From the NCBI GenBank assembly GCA_030390025.1, contig JASTWF010000033.1, forward strand, positions 3,970,001 to 4,034,000: a stretch of 64,000 bases of DNA. Reading direction: 5' to 3'. Shown here piece by piece: positions 1 to 11,493 of the stretch. The notes below the pieces were generated by a model, which searched no databases, was not told the DNA's origin, and saw nothing but the letters and a program-made list of their open reading frames with translations. A program made the position numbers and the translations under genes. The number at the start of each line of letters is the position of its first letter. The stretch's first letter is position 1. The stretch comes from Squalus acanthias (lineage: Eukaryota).

Positions 1-600
1 TGACCCATTGAGTTGGGCGTTGTACACATTTTTCCTAACATGGATTTCAGCGTACGATTCCCTCTTTCTACTATCCCGGACGATTGGGAATAATGAGCCA
101 TATGTATCTTATGTATAATTCCCATAATTTCCTGTAATTTGGAAAATACTTCACCAGAGAAGTGGGTGCCCTGATCACTATCAATTTGAATTGGCAGTCC
201 CCAACTACAGAACACCTCACTCAATAACAATTTGGCCGCAATAGGCGCAGTGTTGGATCGGGTGGGGAAGGCCTCGATCCATTTAGTGAACTGGTCGATA
301 AAAACGAGGGCATATTTATAATTGCCCTGCGAAAGTGGGAGGGGACCAACAAGCAATCTGAACATGAGTCCAGGTCCCATCAGGGCCTGGCTGACTTCGA
401 GGAGGAGACGGTTGGAACAAGGTTCTGCTGCAAACAAGGTATGCATCGGGAAACATATAAACTTACAGTTTCCTTCATATTAGGCCACCAGACTGTGGAG
501 GCAATCTTTGTGAAAGTGACTTCTGCCGGTTAATGACCTCCTACAGGGTGGGAGTGGAATAGGAACAAGAGTTCATCTGCCAGGTGTGGGGGGATACAGA
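1..600 (-). pseudogene. Integrase domain remnant (HHCC zinc finger + DDE core)
   Basis: Manual translation: FHSHPVGGH...WWPNM...CIPC...GPLPLSQGNYKYALVFIDQFTKWIEAFP...WGLPIQIDSDQGTHF...SSGIVERGNRTLK. Confidence 0.9.
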
Positions 601-3040
601 CAACCTGATACTTATCTGGGGCATTTTGATACATAATTAATGATTGTGTACCACTTGTGGTAAGAAGGGTCTTGGAGGCACATGCGGTGGGTGTTGGTAA
701 GGGTTTAGCTTGTACATGTCAATTGATGACCGTTGGATATGGTCTATACTCTGTCCGAAGGGAAGCCAGATCGAGAGCTGAGCTAACTGCAGCAACTGGG
801 ATTAACTCCTCAAGTTGTAGAGGGAGGGGATCGCCTCCCAGGGCCGCGTCTTTTGCTGCTGCATCTGCCGCATTATTCCCCAGGGTGTGAGCGGACTGGT
901 CTCTCTCATGGGCACTAACCTTTCCAATGTGACAGGGCTTCTGTCAGGCCTTCAGGGCCTGCCATAGGAGATGTAACCATGGCCCATGGGTTAGGGGTTA
1001 ACCATCTGACGAGAAGTAGGAATTCTTCTGGTAGAGGGGAAGGGACAGCATGGCATTGATGGCATAGGCACTGTCAGACCAAATGTTTGTCGAGTAGCCC
1101 GAAGTTTCTCGAACGGCGATGAGAAGGGCCACAGTCTCTGTATATTGGCTTGAGTGCTTGTTACTTTTAAAATTGAGAGTCTTTTCGGGTAGGACCACAG
1201 CACAACCGGTACGTGGTGGGCCCTGTATGTGGTAGGAGGAGCCATCCACGTACACCTCAGAGGCTCCTTCTGTTGGTGATCGCCAAACAGGATGGGACTC
1301 AAAGTCTATTAAAGGTAGCGGACACTTGTGAGTGTGTAACTCATACGCAAGCATCAGTGGTAAAAGAGTAATCCCTTTGGAGCTTATATCAATATCCCGT
1401 TGTAATAGTTCTAAAGTCCATTTACTGATGCGTTGGGATGAGATCAAAGAAATGCCTGGTTTGATAACGAGTTTCAGTGGGGTGTAAGGGGAATGCAAGA
1501 TAATGCTCTGTAAGCCCGTAATGTAGGTAATTGTTGACTGGCCCAGAACGTCGCCAGTAGGTGGCGATCACACGCTGAATAAGTCCGTTCTGCCCCCTGC
1601 AAAACCCGTGAGGCATATGCGATCGGTTGTAACCTGTGCAGTCGTTCTTGACATAGGACCGCAGTTAGACTATGGTCGGTGGATGCGAGCTCGAGATGGA
1701 ATGGTTGTGTTGGCTCGGGTGATATTAAACAGGTAGCCTGCATACAAGCCTGTTTCAATTTCTTAACTGCAGCGGGTGTGATCTGGCCCCCACAGGGAGG
1801 ACATTTGATCCTCTTTACCTTTTAAAAGTTCATAGAGGGGTTTTGCAAGTTCTGCAAATCCAGGAATAAAACTACGCTGGTATCCCACCAGTCCCAAAAA
1901 CGATCGGAGCACTGTCCTGGATACAGGAAGCGGAAGTCGTTGAATGACCTCTATCTTGTATCGTCAGGACTTAGACTCTGCGGAGAGATCGTCACTCCCA
2001 GATAGGTGACCTGTTCCTGCAAAAGCTGAGCTTTTCGCGGGTTAATTTTAAAGACTGCTCTGCTTAACAGTGTGAAAAGTTCATCTAACAGTTCAAGGTG
2101 TTCCTCGATTGTACTACTAGCCAGTAGAAAGTCGTCGACACACTGAAGCAGACACTGGGGCTTAGAAAAAGCTTTCAGAATCCGTGCCATTCTGGTATGG
2201 AAAATGTTCGGGGCTTTGTGGAAGCCTTGGGGTCGGCACGTCCTCGTGTAACTCTGTTCCTCAAAGGTGAAAGCAAATTTATATTGAGCCTCTGTTCTGA
2301 CGGGAATACTCCAAAAGCCATTCGCAATGTCTAGGGTGGAGTAGTATATAGAGGCTTTTAGGAGGTCTGATGATAAGTTTGGAGCATCCTTAACACTAGG
2401 GGTGCACTCCGGGTGAATCCTTGTTAAGACTTCAGTAATCAATGGTGAGCCTCCAGCTATTGTCCGTCTTCCGAACTGGCCAAGCTGATGAATTGGTCGT
2501 GAAAGTGCCTGTTCAAAGAATTCCCTGTTTTAAGAGGGAGTCGATGACATCTCTAATACAGGGATGACTTTCTTTGGGAATTGGGTACTGTTTAACAAAG
2601 GAGTGGGGCGGGCCGTTAATCGGCTCCTCAAATTCCATTCGAACACATTCCTGCTTACTAGTGGCGAATGCGAGTGAGTGCGTTTGAATTAATACTTCGA
2701 TTCGCTCATCTGTGTGATCTAGTGCCTCGTACAACAAAAGTCCTCTTCATCGCAAATACGTTGTGGGCATCCGATATTTCGACCAATTCACTACCTCCTG
2801 TCCCGATCCAAATACACCTCTGGTTATAATCAATAATTGTCCAGTAACTTTCCAAAACTTCACTTCCCAATATGCCCCTTTCATCAGAAGTTGTCATCAA
2901 GACAGGGTCATCAATATTCAAATCAATCCCGTTTGTGCGCATAGTTATCATTTCTCCCTTAAAAGCAGAGGTTGACCTCCCATCAAAGCCTTGTAATGTC
3001 AGGCAGCGCTTGCCCGCCGCAGCATGGCGTTCAGGTTGTT
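1..3040 (-). mobile_element. pol: Decayed endogenous retrovirus / LTR retroelement pol (PR-RT-tether RNase H-RNase H-IN); runs off the window edge
   Basis: Minus-strand domains in order: protease C-half (LQGFDG...GILGSEVL, ~2790-3040); RT (STLDIANGFWSIP...PQGF...LQCVDDFLL, 1951-2442); degenerate RNase H (PIAYASRVL...ERTYS, 1474-1758); catalytic RNase H (YVDGS...WSDS...KVSAH...GNNAAD, ~850-1270); integrase (HHCC, IDQFTKWIEAFP, SDQGTHF, GIVERGNRTLK, 1-600). Many stops and frameshifts. Confidence 0.93.
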
Positions 3041-3818
3041 GGGACGGTCTGCACTTGGGCAGGACTGGAACCGATGTCCTCGGGATAATATTTGCTAAGG
3101 CAGTTCGGGAGGATTTAAACTAATATGGCAGGGGAATGGGAACCTATGTAGCGAAACAGGGGGAAGTAATATGCAGTCAGAAACAAATGTTAGAAGGGTG
3201 ATAATCAAAAAGGGAAATCCGAGTAAACAAAGGCAAGAAACACAAAGGGCCATACTAAATCATAAGTCTAAAAGGACAAAGGGTGTTAATAAAAGAAGCC
3301 TAAAGGCTCTGTGTCTTAATGCAAGGAGTATCCGTAATAAGGTGGATGAATTGACTGTGCAAATTGATGTTAACGGATATGATGTGATTGGGATTACAGA
3401 GACGTGGCTCCAGAACAATTAAGGCTGGGAACTGAATATCCAGGGGTATTCAACATTCAGGAAGGATAGAATAAACGTAAAAGGGGGTGGGGTAGCATTG
3501 CTGGTTAAAAAGGAGATTAATGCAATAGCTAGGAAGGACATTAGCTTGGAGGATGTGGAATCAATATGGGTTGAGCTGCAGAACACCAAAGGGCAGAAAA
3601 CGTTAGTGGTGGTTGTGTACAGACCTCCAAACCGTAGTAGTGAGGTGGGGGAGGTTATGAAACAGGAAATCAGAGGTGCATGCAAAAAAGTCGCAGCAGT
3701 TATCATGGGTGACTTTAATATGCATATAGATTGGGCTACTCAAACTGGAAGCAATACGGTGGAGGAGGATTTCCTGGAGTGTTTAAGGGATGGTTTCCTA
3801 AACCAATATGTTGAGGAA
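3041..3818 (+). mobile_element. Internal CR1 LINE fragment (ORF1 end + APE endonuclease), truncated at both ends
   Basis: DGLHLGRTGTDVLG (ORF1 end), then LCLNARSIRNKVDEL...GITETW...GGGVALLVK...VYRPP...IMGDFN. Homologous to 6500-7235. No 3' tail. Confidence 0.9.
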
Positions 3819-4582
3819 ACAGTATTCATCATCTGTTTGAGCGCAGTAAAATACTGCATAGGCGAGTAGCCTAGTCGCCTTATAACTTTTAACCTTCTTT
3901 AGATCTACACAATCCTGAATAAAGGTTATCACTTCTTCAAAGGGGACTCGGTCTCCTTTGCTTAAACATTCCGTCAATAATAACTGTACTTCCTCCTCAC
4001 AGGCACATCTGTCTAACTTAATCTTATACGTGTTAGCAAAACTTTTATAGTCATTTTGCAGTTTTCTTAACAGACCTCCAAGATCTATAACTATCGGCGC
4101 GCAATTCACGGGCACTCCCCACGAAGGGTTAATCCCTCCCCAAGAGAAGCAGCTGATCAGGAGGCTACTCTCGAGGTCTGGTCTATTCCACAATACCAGC
4201 CGCTTTATCTTGTCCCATCTGGGGTGCCAGTTGTGAGTCAGTCAAGTGACCTCTCAGAGTTCTTGGACAAGACACAAATAGGCAGCAGCCAGTATGTTTG
4301 AGCAATGGATCAACATTTATTAAGCTTACAGCGTAATTAATACTTAACATGAGGCGATGGTAAAATGAATCGCTCGCAGCCCTTGGTCTCTGGAGCCCTT
4401 CGGACACAGGCAACGTCGTCGTAAGACTGTTCATTTTCTAAGCAGCAAATCTTTGTGAGAATTTGTTCTTTGAATATCGAGGTTTTTACCCATTCCTCAA
4501 CAACAGTTCGTTTGGCCACTGTCCATATATGGTCTTTAAAAAAATCAGCTTCCTTAACTGGTTCTAATGGTCAAAATGCCAT
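3819..4582 (-). pseudogene. Broken ORF at the gag position of the retroelement
   Basis: ATG at 4582 in frame with ORF 4337-4519, followed by fragments 4183-4434 and 3798-4193. Same strand as pol and directly upstream of it. No diagnostic gag motif recognised. Confidence 0.45.
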
Positions 4583-5149
4583 TGTCTCTCAGGTTTAGGC
4601 TGCTAACCTGGTCCCTCCTTTTCAATTACATTTCCACGAACTCTGCTGCACTGTCGTGTTAAATTGTTTATAGCCTTTCACCAAATTGGAATTTACCATG
4701 TCTCTTTCATTTCATAGCCTCCCTGGTACAAGGCCTTTATACCAAGGGCCCATATCAGCGCTGTTTTACTTGTCTTGAGGTATCCAGACTATCTCACTTT
4801 AATCTACCAGATAAATACCTTATCTCCATGATCTCTCTCATGTTATGCCCTTATTCTAATTAGCCTTTAAATATTGTTGCAATTAGTTTGTTAAGCGAAT
4901 TCTAAGTATTATTCAGCATCATAATATGTGATTTAAAAATTTGACCATCATTTGCAGCCTGTAGCTACTCCTTATCAAAGCTTAGTCAAAACTGCATTTG
5001 GCTGTCGCCGCAGCTGCATTCTGAACAAGTCTTAGCTTTTTAGTTACCCAGGATAATTATGCGTAATATTATATGTTCAATGGCTACACTTAAATTTATT
5101 CATATACGATTCTCATCTACTAAATATATTTAAATATCAGCCTTTCCCA

Positions 5150-5551
5150 CAACACAGTCTCCTCAATCAGCTCCCTTGCACATAGACCTGATAGTTAGGG
5201 ACCGTCCCTAAACACACACACTCCTCAACCAGCTCCATTACACATGAACCTGATAGTAAGGGACTGTCCACAAACACAGACTCTCCTCACTCAGTTTCCT
5301 TACACAAATATCTGCTAGTTAAGGACAGTCCATAACACAACACACTCTCCTCAATCTCCTCCCTTACAAATATACATGATAGTTAGGGACCGTCCCTAAA
5401 CACACGCGCTCCTCAATCAGCTCTCTTATACATGAACCTAATAGTTAGGGACCGTCCCTAAACACGCACTCTCCTCAATTAACTCCCTTGCACATGTACC
5501 TGGTAGTTCGGTACAATTCCTAAACACACACTCGCCTCAATCAGCTCTATT
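5150..5551. repeat. ~62-bp tandem array with TTAGGGACCGTCCCTAA palindromic core (left part)
   Basis: Unit ~acacactctcctcaatcagctcccttacacatgtacctgatagttagggaccgtccctaa. Core recurs near 5192, 5254, 5316, 5380, 5442, 5503. Confidence 0.9.
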
Positions 5552-5632
5552 GGTCTAAGTAAGCTTCGGGAAAACAAAAGTCAATAAATAAACTAAAACT
5601 AGAAAATTAAAGAGTAATATAAGGGTTAAGTC

Positions 5633-6580
5633 ATGGCAGTAGAGCTCGGACCTGTGTCATGCTCCTCCTGTAACATGTGGGAAATCAGGGACGCTTCCTG
5701 TGTCCCTGACAACCATGTGTGCGGGAAGTGTGTCCAGCTGCAGCTCATGTGGGACCGCATGACGGCCCTTGAGCTGCGGATGGACTCACTTTGGAGCATC
5801 CACGATTCTGAGAGGGTTGTGGATAGCACATTTAGTGAGTTGGTCACACCGCAGGTTAAGGCCAGCGTAGATAGTACATGGGTGACCAAAAGGCAGAGCA
5901 AGGGCAGGAAGGTAGTGCAGAAATCCCCTGGGGTTGTCTCCCTTAGCAACAGGTTCACCGCCTTAGGTGCTGTTGTCGGGGGGGATGACTCATCGGGGGA
6001 AGGCACCAGCAGCCAGGCTCATGGCACCATGACTGGCTCTGTTGCAAAGAAGGGAGGGAAAAAGAGTGGCAGGGCTATAGTAATAGGGGATTCGATTGTA
6101 AGGGGAATAGATAGGGGTTTCTGTGGTCGCGACCGAGACTCCAGGATGGTATGTTGCCTCCCTGGTGCAAGGGTCAGGGATGTCTCGGCGCGGGTGCAGA
6201 GCATTCTGGAGGGGGAGGGGGAACAGCCAGTTGTCGTGATACATGTTGGTACCAACGACGTAGCTAAAAAAAGGGAAGAGGTCCTACAAGTAGAATTTAG
6301 GGAGTTAGGAGCCAAGCTAAAAAGTAGGACCTCGAAGGTAGTAATCTCTGGATTACTACCAGTGCCACGTGCTAGTAAGAGTACAGAGAACAGGATAGTT
6401 AGGCTAAATACGTGGCTTGAGCAGTGGTGTAAGAGGGAGGGTTTTACATTTTTGAGGCATTGGAACCAGTTTTGTGGTAGGTGTGACCTATACAAAAGGG
6501 ACGGTCTACACCTGTGCAAAGATGGAACTGATGTTCTCGGGGTAATTTTTGATAAAGCAGTTCGGGAGCATTTAAACTAG
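5633..6580 (+). CDS. CR1 ORF1p: CxxC/CxxC zinc finger, coiled coil, SGNH-esterase domain
   Basis: 315-aa open ORF: CSSC...CGKC; IVIGDSIVRG; VIHVGTND; DGLH. Confidence 0.9.
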   Translation: MAVELGPVSCSSCNMWEIRDASCVPDNHVCGKCVQLQLMWDRMTALELRMDSLWSIHDSERVVDSTFSELVTPQVKASVDSTWVTKRQSKGRKVVQKSPGVVSLSNRFTALGAVVGGDDSSGEGTSSQAHGTMTGSVAKKGGKKSGRAIVIGDSIVRGIDRGFCGRDRDSRMVCCLPGARVRDVSARVQSILEGEGEQPVVVIHVGTNDVAKKREEVLQVEFRELGAKLKSRTSKVVISGLLPVPRASKSTENRIVRLNTWLEQWCKREGFTFLRHWNQFCGRCDLYKRDGLHLCKDGTDVLGVIFDKAVREHLN

Positions 6581-6654
6581 TATGGCAGGCGGCTGGAAAC
6601 CTATGTAGTGAAATAGAGGAAGGTGAAAGGCAGACAGAAATAAATGGTAAAAGG

Positions 6655-9522
6655 GTGAGGAACAAAAAACAAAGGGCCAAACTAATTCATAAAAAATGTG
6701 AGCATAAAAAAAGCCTGAGGGTTTTATACCTTCATGCGAGAAGCATCAGGAACAAGGTAGATGAATTAGCTGTGGAAATAGAGGTTAATAATTATGATCT
6801 AATTGGCATTACGGAAACATGGTTGCAGGGTGAGCAGGGCATGGAGCTTAACATACAGGGGTATTCAGTATTTTGGAAGGATCGACAAAAAAGAAAGGGA
6901 GGAGGGGTAGCATTGCTAGTAAAAGAGGGGATAAATGCAATTGAAAGGAAGGATATTAACTCAGTTAATACAGAATCTATATGGGTGGAGCTAAGAAATA
7001 GCGAGGGGCGAACAACATTAATAGGAGTGGTATATAGGCCTCCAAATAGTAAAATAGAGGTTGGGGAGGGCATCACGAGGGAAATTAGAGAAGCGTGCAA
7101 TAAGAGCACAGCTGTCATCATAGGTGACTTTAACTTACATATAGATTGGACTAGCCTAATCAGTAAAAATAATGAGGAGGAGGAATTCCTTGAGTGTTTA
7201 AGGGATGGTTATCTGTATCAATATGTCGAGGAACCAACTCGGGAACAGGCTATATTGGACTGGGTACTGTGCAATGAGAAGGGACTAATTAGTAATCTTG
7301 TTGTACGGGGACCCTTGGGTCAGAGCGATCATAACATGATCGATTTCTCACTCGAAATGGAGAGCGAAGAAATTGACTCAGAGACTAAGGTCCTGAATTT
7401 AAACAAGGGGAATTATGATGCCATTAGACGGGAACTGAGTAGGTCTGATTGGACAACGTTCCTGGGAGGACTGGAGGTAGATAAACAATGGCAAGCATTT
7501 AAAGATAGAATGACAAAATTGCAAAAATTGTTTATACCAATCTGGCATAAAAGGAAATCTAAAAAGGTGACTCAACCGTGGATAACAGGGGAAATTAGAG
7601 ACAGCATAAAAACAAAGATAGGGCGTATAAAATAGCCAAAAAAAAGCACCAGAGCGGAAGATTGGGAACAGTTTAAGATGGAGCAAAGGAGGACAAAGGG
7701 CTTAATCAAGAGGGGCAAAATAGCTTACGAAAGCAAGCTGGCGGAAAATATAAAAACTAACTCCAAAAGCTTTTATAAGTATATCAAGAGGAAAAGACTG
7801 GTGAAAACCAAAGTTGGTCCATTGCAGTCAGATACGGGGGAATATATAACGGGAAATAAGGAAATGGCAGACCAACTAAATGCATACTTTGGGTCAGTCT
7901 TTACGCAGGAAGACACAAAAAACCTCCCTGGGATATCGGGAAAAATAGGGACATTGGCAAAGGAGGAACTGACGCAAATCAATATCTCTAAGGATATGGT
8001 GTTAAGGAAGCTAAAGGGATTGAAGGCGGACAAATCCCCAGGGCCTGATAACATGCATCCTAGGGTACTGAAGGAGGTGGCCCTAGAGATAGCGGATGCA
8101 CTAAGTATGATTTTTCAGAATTCATTAGACTCGGGAACAGTGCCCATGGATTGGAGGGTAGCTAACGTTACCCCACTATTCGAAAAGGGGGGTAGGGAAA
8201 AAGCAGGTAATTACAGACCTGTAAGCCTTACATCAGTTGTGGGCAAAATGCTGGAGTCCATCATTAAGGATGAAATAGCGGAGCACTTAGCAAATGGGGA
8301 CAGGATAGGACAGAGTCAACATGGATTTACAAAGGGTAAATCGTGCTTGACTAATCTATTGGAATTTTTTGAGGGAGTAACTGGTAAAATAGATGGGGGA
8401 GAGCCAGTAGATGTGGTGTACCTGGACTTCCAAAAGGCCTTCGACAAGGTCCCACATAAAAGATTAGCATGGAAAATTGAAGCTCATGGGATAAAGGGGA
8501 AAGTATTGACGTGGATAGAGAACTGGCTGTCAGATAGAAAACAGAGAGTTGGAATAAACGGCTCATTTTCTGAATGGCAGGCAGTAACAAGTGGGGTACC
8601 GCAGGGATCTGTCCTGGGTCCCCAGCTGTTCACAATTTAAATTAATGACCTGGATCAGGGAGTCGGATGCAGCATTTCCAAATTTGCAGACGACACTAAA
8701 CTAGGAGGGGGGGTGGGCTCAGAGGAGGAGACCAGGAAGCTCCAGAGCGATTTGGACAGACTGGGTGATTGGGCGGATAAATGGCAGATGCACTATAATG
8801 TGGACAAGTGCGAAGTTATCCACCTTGGGTGCAGGAACGGGAGGGCAAATTACTATTTAAATGGCAATAAATTGGGAGAGGGGGAAGTACAGAGAGACCT
8901 GGGTGTTCTTGTACACCAGTCACTGAAGGCGAGCATGCAGGTGCAACAGGCGGTCAAGAAGGCAAACGGTATGCTGGCCTTCATAGCAAAAGGGTTGGAA
9001 TACAGGAACAGAGATACCTTGCTGCAGCTGTACAGGGCACTGGTGAGACCACACCTCGAGTACTGTGTACAGTTTTGGTCGCCTCATCTGAGGAAAGATG
9101 TTCTTGCCATGGAGGGGGTGCAGCGGCGATTCACCAGGCTGATACCAGGAATGGCGGGATTGACCTATGAGGAGAGACTATGTAGTTTAGGGATGTACAC
9201 ACTGGAGTTTAGAAGATTGAGAGGGGACCTCATAGAAGTGTATAAAATTCTGACAGGTCTAGACAGACTAGATGCAGAAGCAATGTTTCCCTTGGCGGGT
9301 GAGAACAGAACCAGAGGACATAATTTAAGGATAAGGGCTAAACCATTTAGGACAGAAATGAGGGGGAATTTCTTCACTCAGAGGGTGGTGAACCTGTGGA
9401 ACTCATTGCCACAGAGGGCAGCGTACGCCAGCTCATTAAATATATTTAAGAGGGAATTAGATATATTTCTACAGGCAAAAGGGGTTAAGGGTTACGGAGA
9501 GAAAGCGGGGACGGGATACTGA
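6655..9522 (+). pseudogene. CR1 ORF2p (APE endonuclease + reverse transcriptase), lightly disrupted
   Basis: ORFs 6655-7635, 7678-8640 and 8713-9522 share one frame. Motifs GITETW, GDFN, SDHN, NYRPVSLTS, LDFQKAFDKV, PQGSVLGP, FADD. Lesions: two compensating indels at ~7615-7645 and TAA at 8638-8640. Confidence 0.93.
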
Positions 9523-9621
9523 ATTGGAGGATCAGCCATGATCTCATTAAATGGTGGAGCAGGCTCGAAGGGCCGGATGGCCTACTCCTGCTCCTATCTT
9601 CTATGTATCTATCTATGTATT

Positions 9622-10433
9622 ACACATTCACCTGATAGTTATTGATCGTCCCTGAACTCAACACACTCGCCGCAATCAGCTCCCTTACACTGTACCTGAT
9701 AGACAGGGACCGTCCCTAAACTCAGCACACTCTCCTCATTCAGCTCCCTCATACAATTACCTGATAGTTAGGGACATAACCTAAACATACACTTTCCTCA
9801 ATCCGCTCCCTTACATGTGTACCTGATAGTTAGGGACTGTCGCTAAACCCACACACTCCCCAATCATCTTCCTTTCACATGTATCTGCTGGTTAGGGACC
9901 GTCCCTAACGACAACATAATCTCCACAATCAGCTCATTTACACGTGTATATGATAGTTAGGGACTGTCCCTAAACACAACACATTCTCCTCAATCAGCTC
10001 CCTTACTCATGATCTTGACAATTAGGGACTGTCCCTAAACACAACACACTCTCCTCAATCAGCTTCCTTACACATGAACCTGAAAGGTAGTGACAGTTAC
10101 TAAACACACTCTCTGTCCTCAGTCAGCTCCCTTTCACATTTACCTGATATTTAGGCACAGTACCTAAACCCACACTCCCTCAATAATAACCACACAAACC
10201 TCCGCGTACATTTTGGTTAGATAGTGGCCGTCCCAAAGCACAAACTCCCATGGCCTGTTGTCTGATGGCTATCAGGTGCCGTCCTTAACCTCACACACTC
10301 TCTGCTCAAACATATTCCTCCCTCTTCCCACCCCATTTACCTGGATAGTTAGGGTCTGTCCCTAAACAACCTCTTTCCTTAATCATCTGCCTCATCCCCA
10401 TGTGCCTGAACAATAGTTAGGGACCGTCCCTAA
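9622..10433. repeat. ~62-bp tandem array (right part)
   Basis: Same unit as 5150-5551, about a dozen more copies, decaying toward 10430. Confidence 0.9.
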
Positions 10434-10706
10434 ATGATTTATTAATTTGTTGTGCAGCAGATGTAAAGCGGGTAACTCAGCCTATCGGCATTGCAATATG
10501 GACAGAAACACAGCCAACACGTCTACCTACATCACCAGGGACGAAATGTTGGCCTATTTTAACTTCACCCTCCCGATCTGGTCCAACTTCGTCATTCTAC
10601 TCCTATTTAAGGTGGCCTTTCGTCTCGCCTGCTAGCTCGAGCTTAGATTCTTCCGGAAGCCATAAAAAAAACAACCGTCCGCAATTTACGCTTTTATCCT
10701 TGGGGA

Positions 10707-10777
10707 CTGGGGTAGGGTCAGGTGGTCAGACTCTGGACTTTCACCGTCTGGGAACTGGGGTCAATTCCAACCCCAGA
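10707..10777 (+). other. tRNA-like sequence, probably the head of a tRNA-derived SINE
   Basis: ctggggt...accccag can pair as an acceptor-like stem. A-box-like ggtcaggtgg, ctttcacc loop, B-box-like gggtcaattcc. The T-arm is non-canonical. Confidence 0.4.
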
Positions 10778-10789
10778 GGGTGTGTGGAT

Positions 10790-11135
10790 AACCCGTGCTA
10801 TACCTGCACTGGGAGCACTCGAAGCTGACACTGCGTATAAATGGGTGACACACTGTCAGGGAAATATAAGGGGAGATCCAAATTTTATCGAACGCGTGCT
10901 GTGCCTTTTCTGGGAGCGCTCGATGCTGACACTGGGTATAAAGTGGGGGAGACAATGTCAGGGAAATGTATAGAGAGCTTCACACTGTATCTAATCCGTG
11001 CAGTATCTGCCCTGGGAGCGATCGAGGCAGACAATGGGTATAAATTGGGTGTCACATTATCAGGATAATGTAGAGGGATGTCTATTCTGTATCTAACCCG
11101 AGCTAAACCTGCCCGTGGAGCGATCGATGCTAACT
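10790..11135 (-). repeat. ~101-bp tandem repeat related to the reverse strand of the 67-bp satellite
   Basis: aacccgtgct.tacctgc.ctgggag-like motif recurs at ~10790, 10891, 10993, 11095. It is the reverse complement of the ctcccagggcaggtacagcacgggtt core at 54361-55770. Confidence 0.75.
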
Positions 11136-11493
11136 CTGTCTGTGAAAATTACTCTTGATCTGCATCACGTGATCGTTGGATGTGACAATCAAAATCCAGT
11201 ATCTCCCTCCCGATGTTTCAGCGGGCTCGTCTCTGGCCTCAGAAGAAGAGCAGGACAGAAGATGGGCCCCCTTGTGTTCGACACAGTACAGCACTATTAC
11301 AGCCCGCAACTTCAAAAAATGGCGAGAAATCAACCTGCCTTTGTTCAAATCATCCAGAGCATAACCAATGGACATCGTCCCCGGGGACATTTTTTGGCAA
11401 ATCCCTAAGGTGGAGGAACAGATCGAGGCTCGATCGAGAATGGTTCGTTCAGCCCATAATCCCTATCGTTTCTGATGAAACTATTCAGGCAGC

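Larger units (their letters stand above)
5552..9617 (+). mobile_element. Near full-length CR1 LINE inserted into the 62-bp array
   Basis: ORF1 + ORF2 + 3'UTR (gatcagccatgat...ggcctactcctgctcct) + ctatgt tail. Short TATT repeat at 5548-5551 and 9618-9621. The array resumes in register after the tail. Confidence 0.95.

Noticed and set aside
5150..10433. CRISPR-like appearance (palindromic core with intervening sequence)
   Set aside because: The intervening segments are homologous to each other rather than unique spacers, there are no cas genes, and the context is vertebrate.
4600..10700. 5' LTR and primer-binding site of the retroelement
   Set aside because: I found no convincing TGG-starting PBS next to a CA end, and no second LTR lies in the window for comparison.
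10707..10777. Functional tRNA (Glu-TTC, or a TCA/Sec-like anticodon)
   Set aside because: The T-arm and anticodon loop are non-canonical and there is no long Sec variable arm. Better explained as a SINE head.
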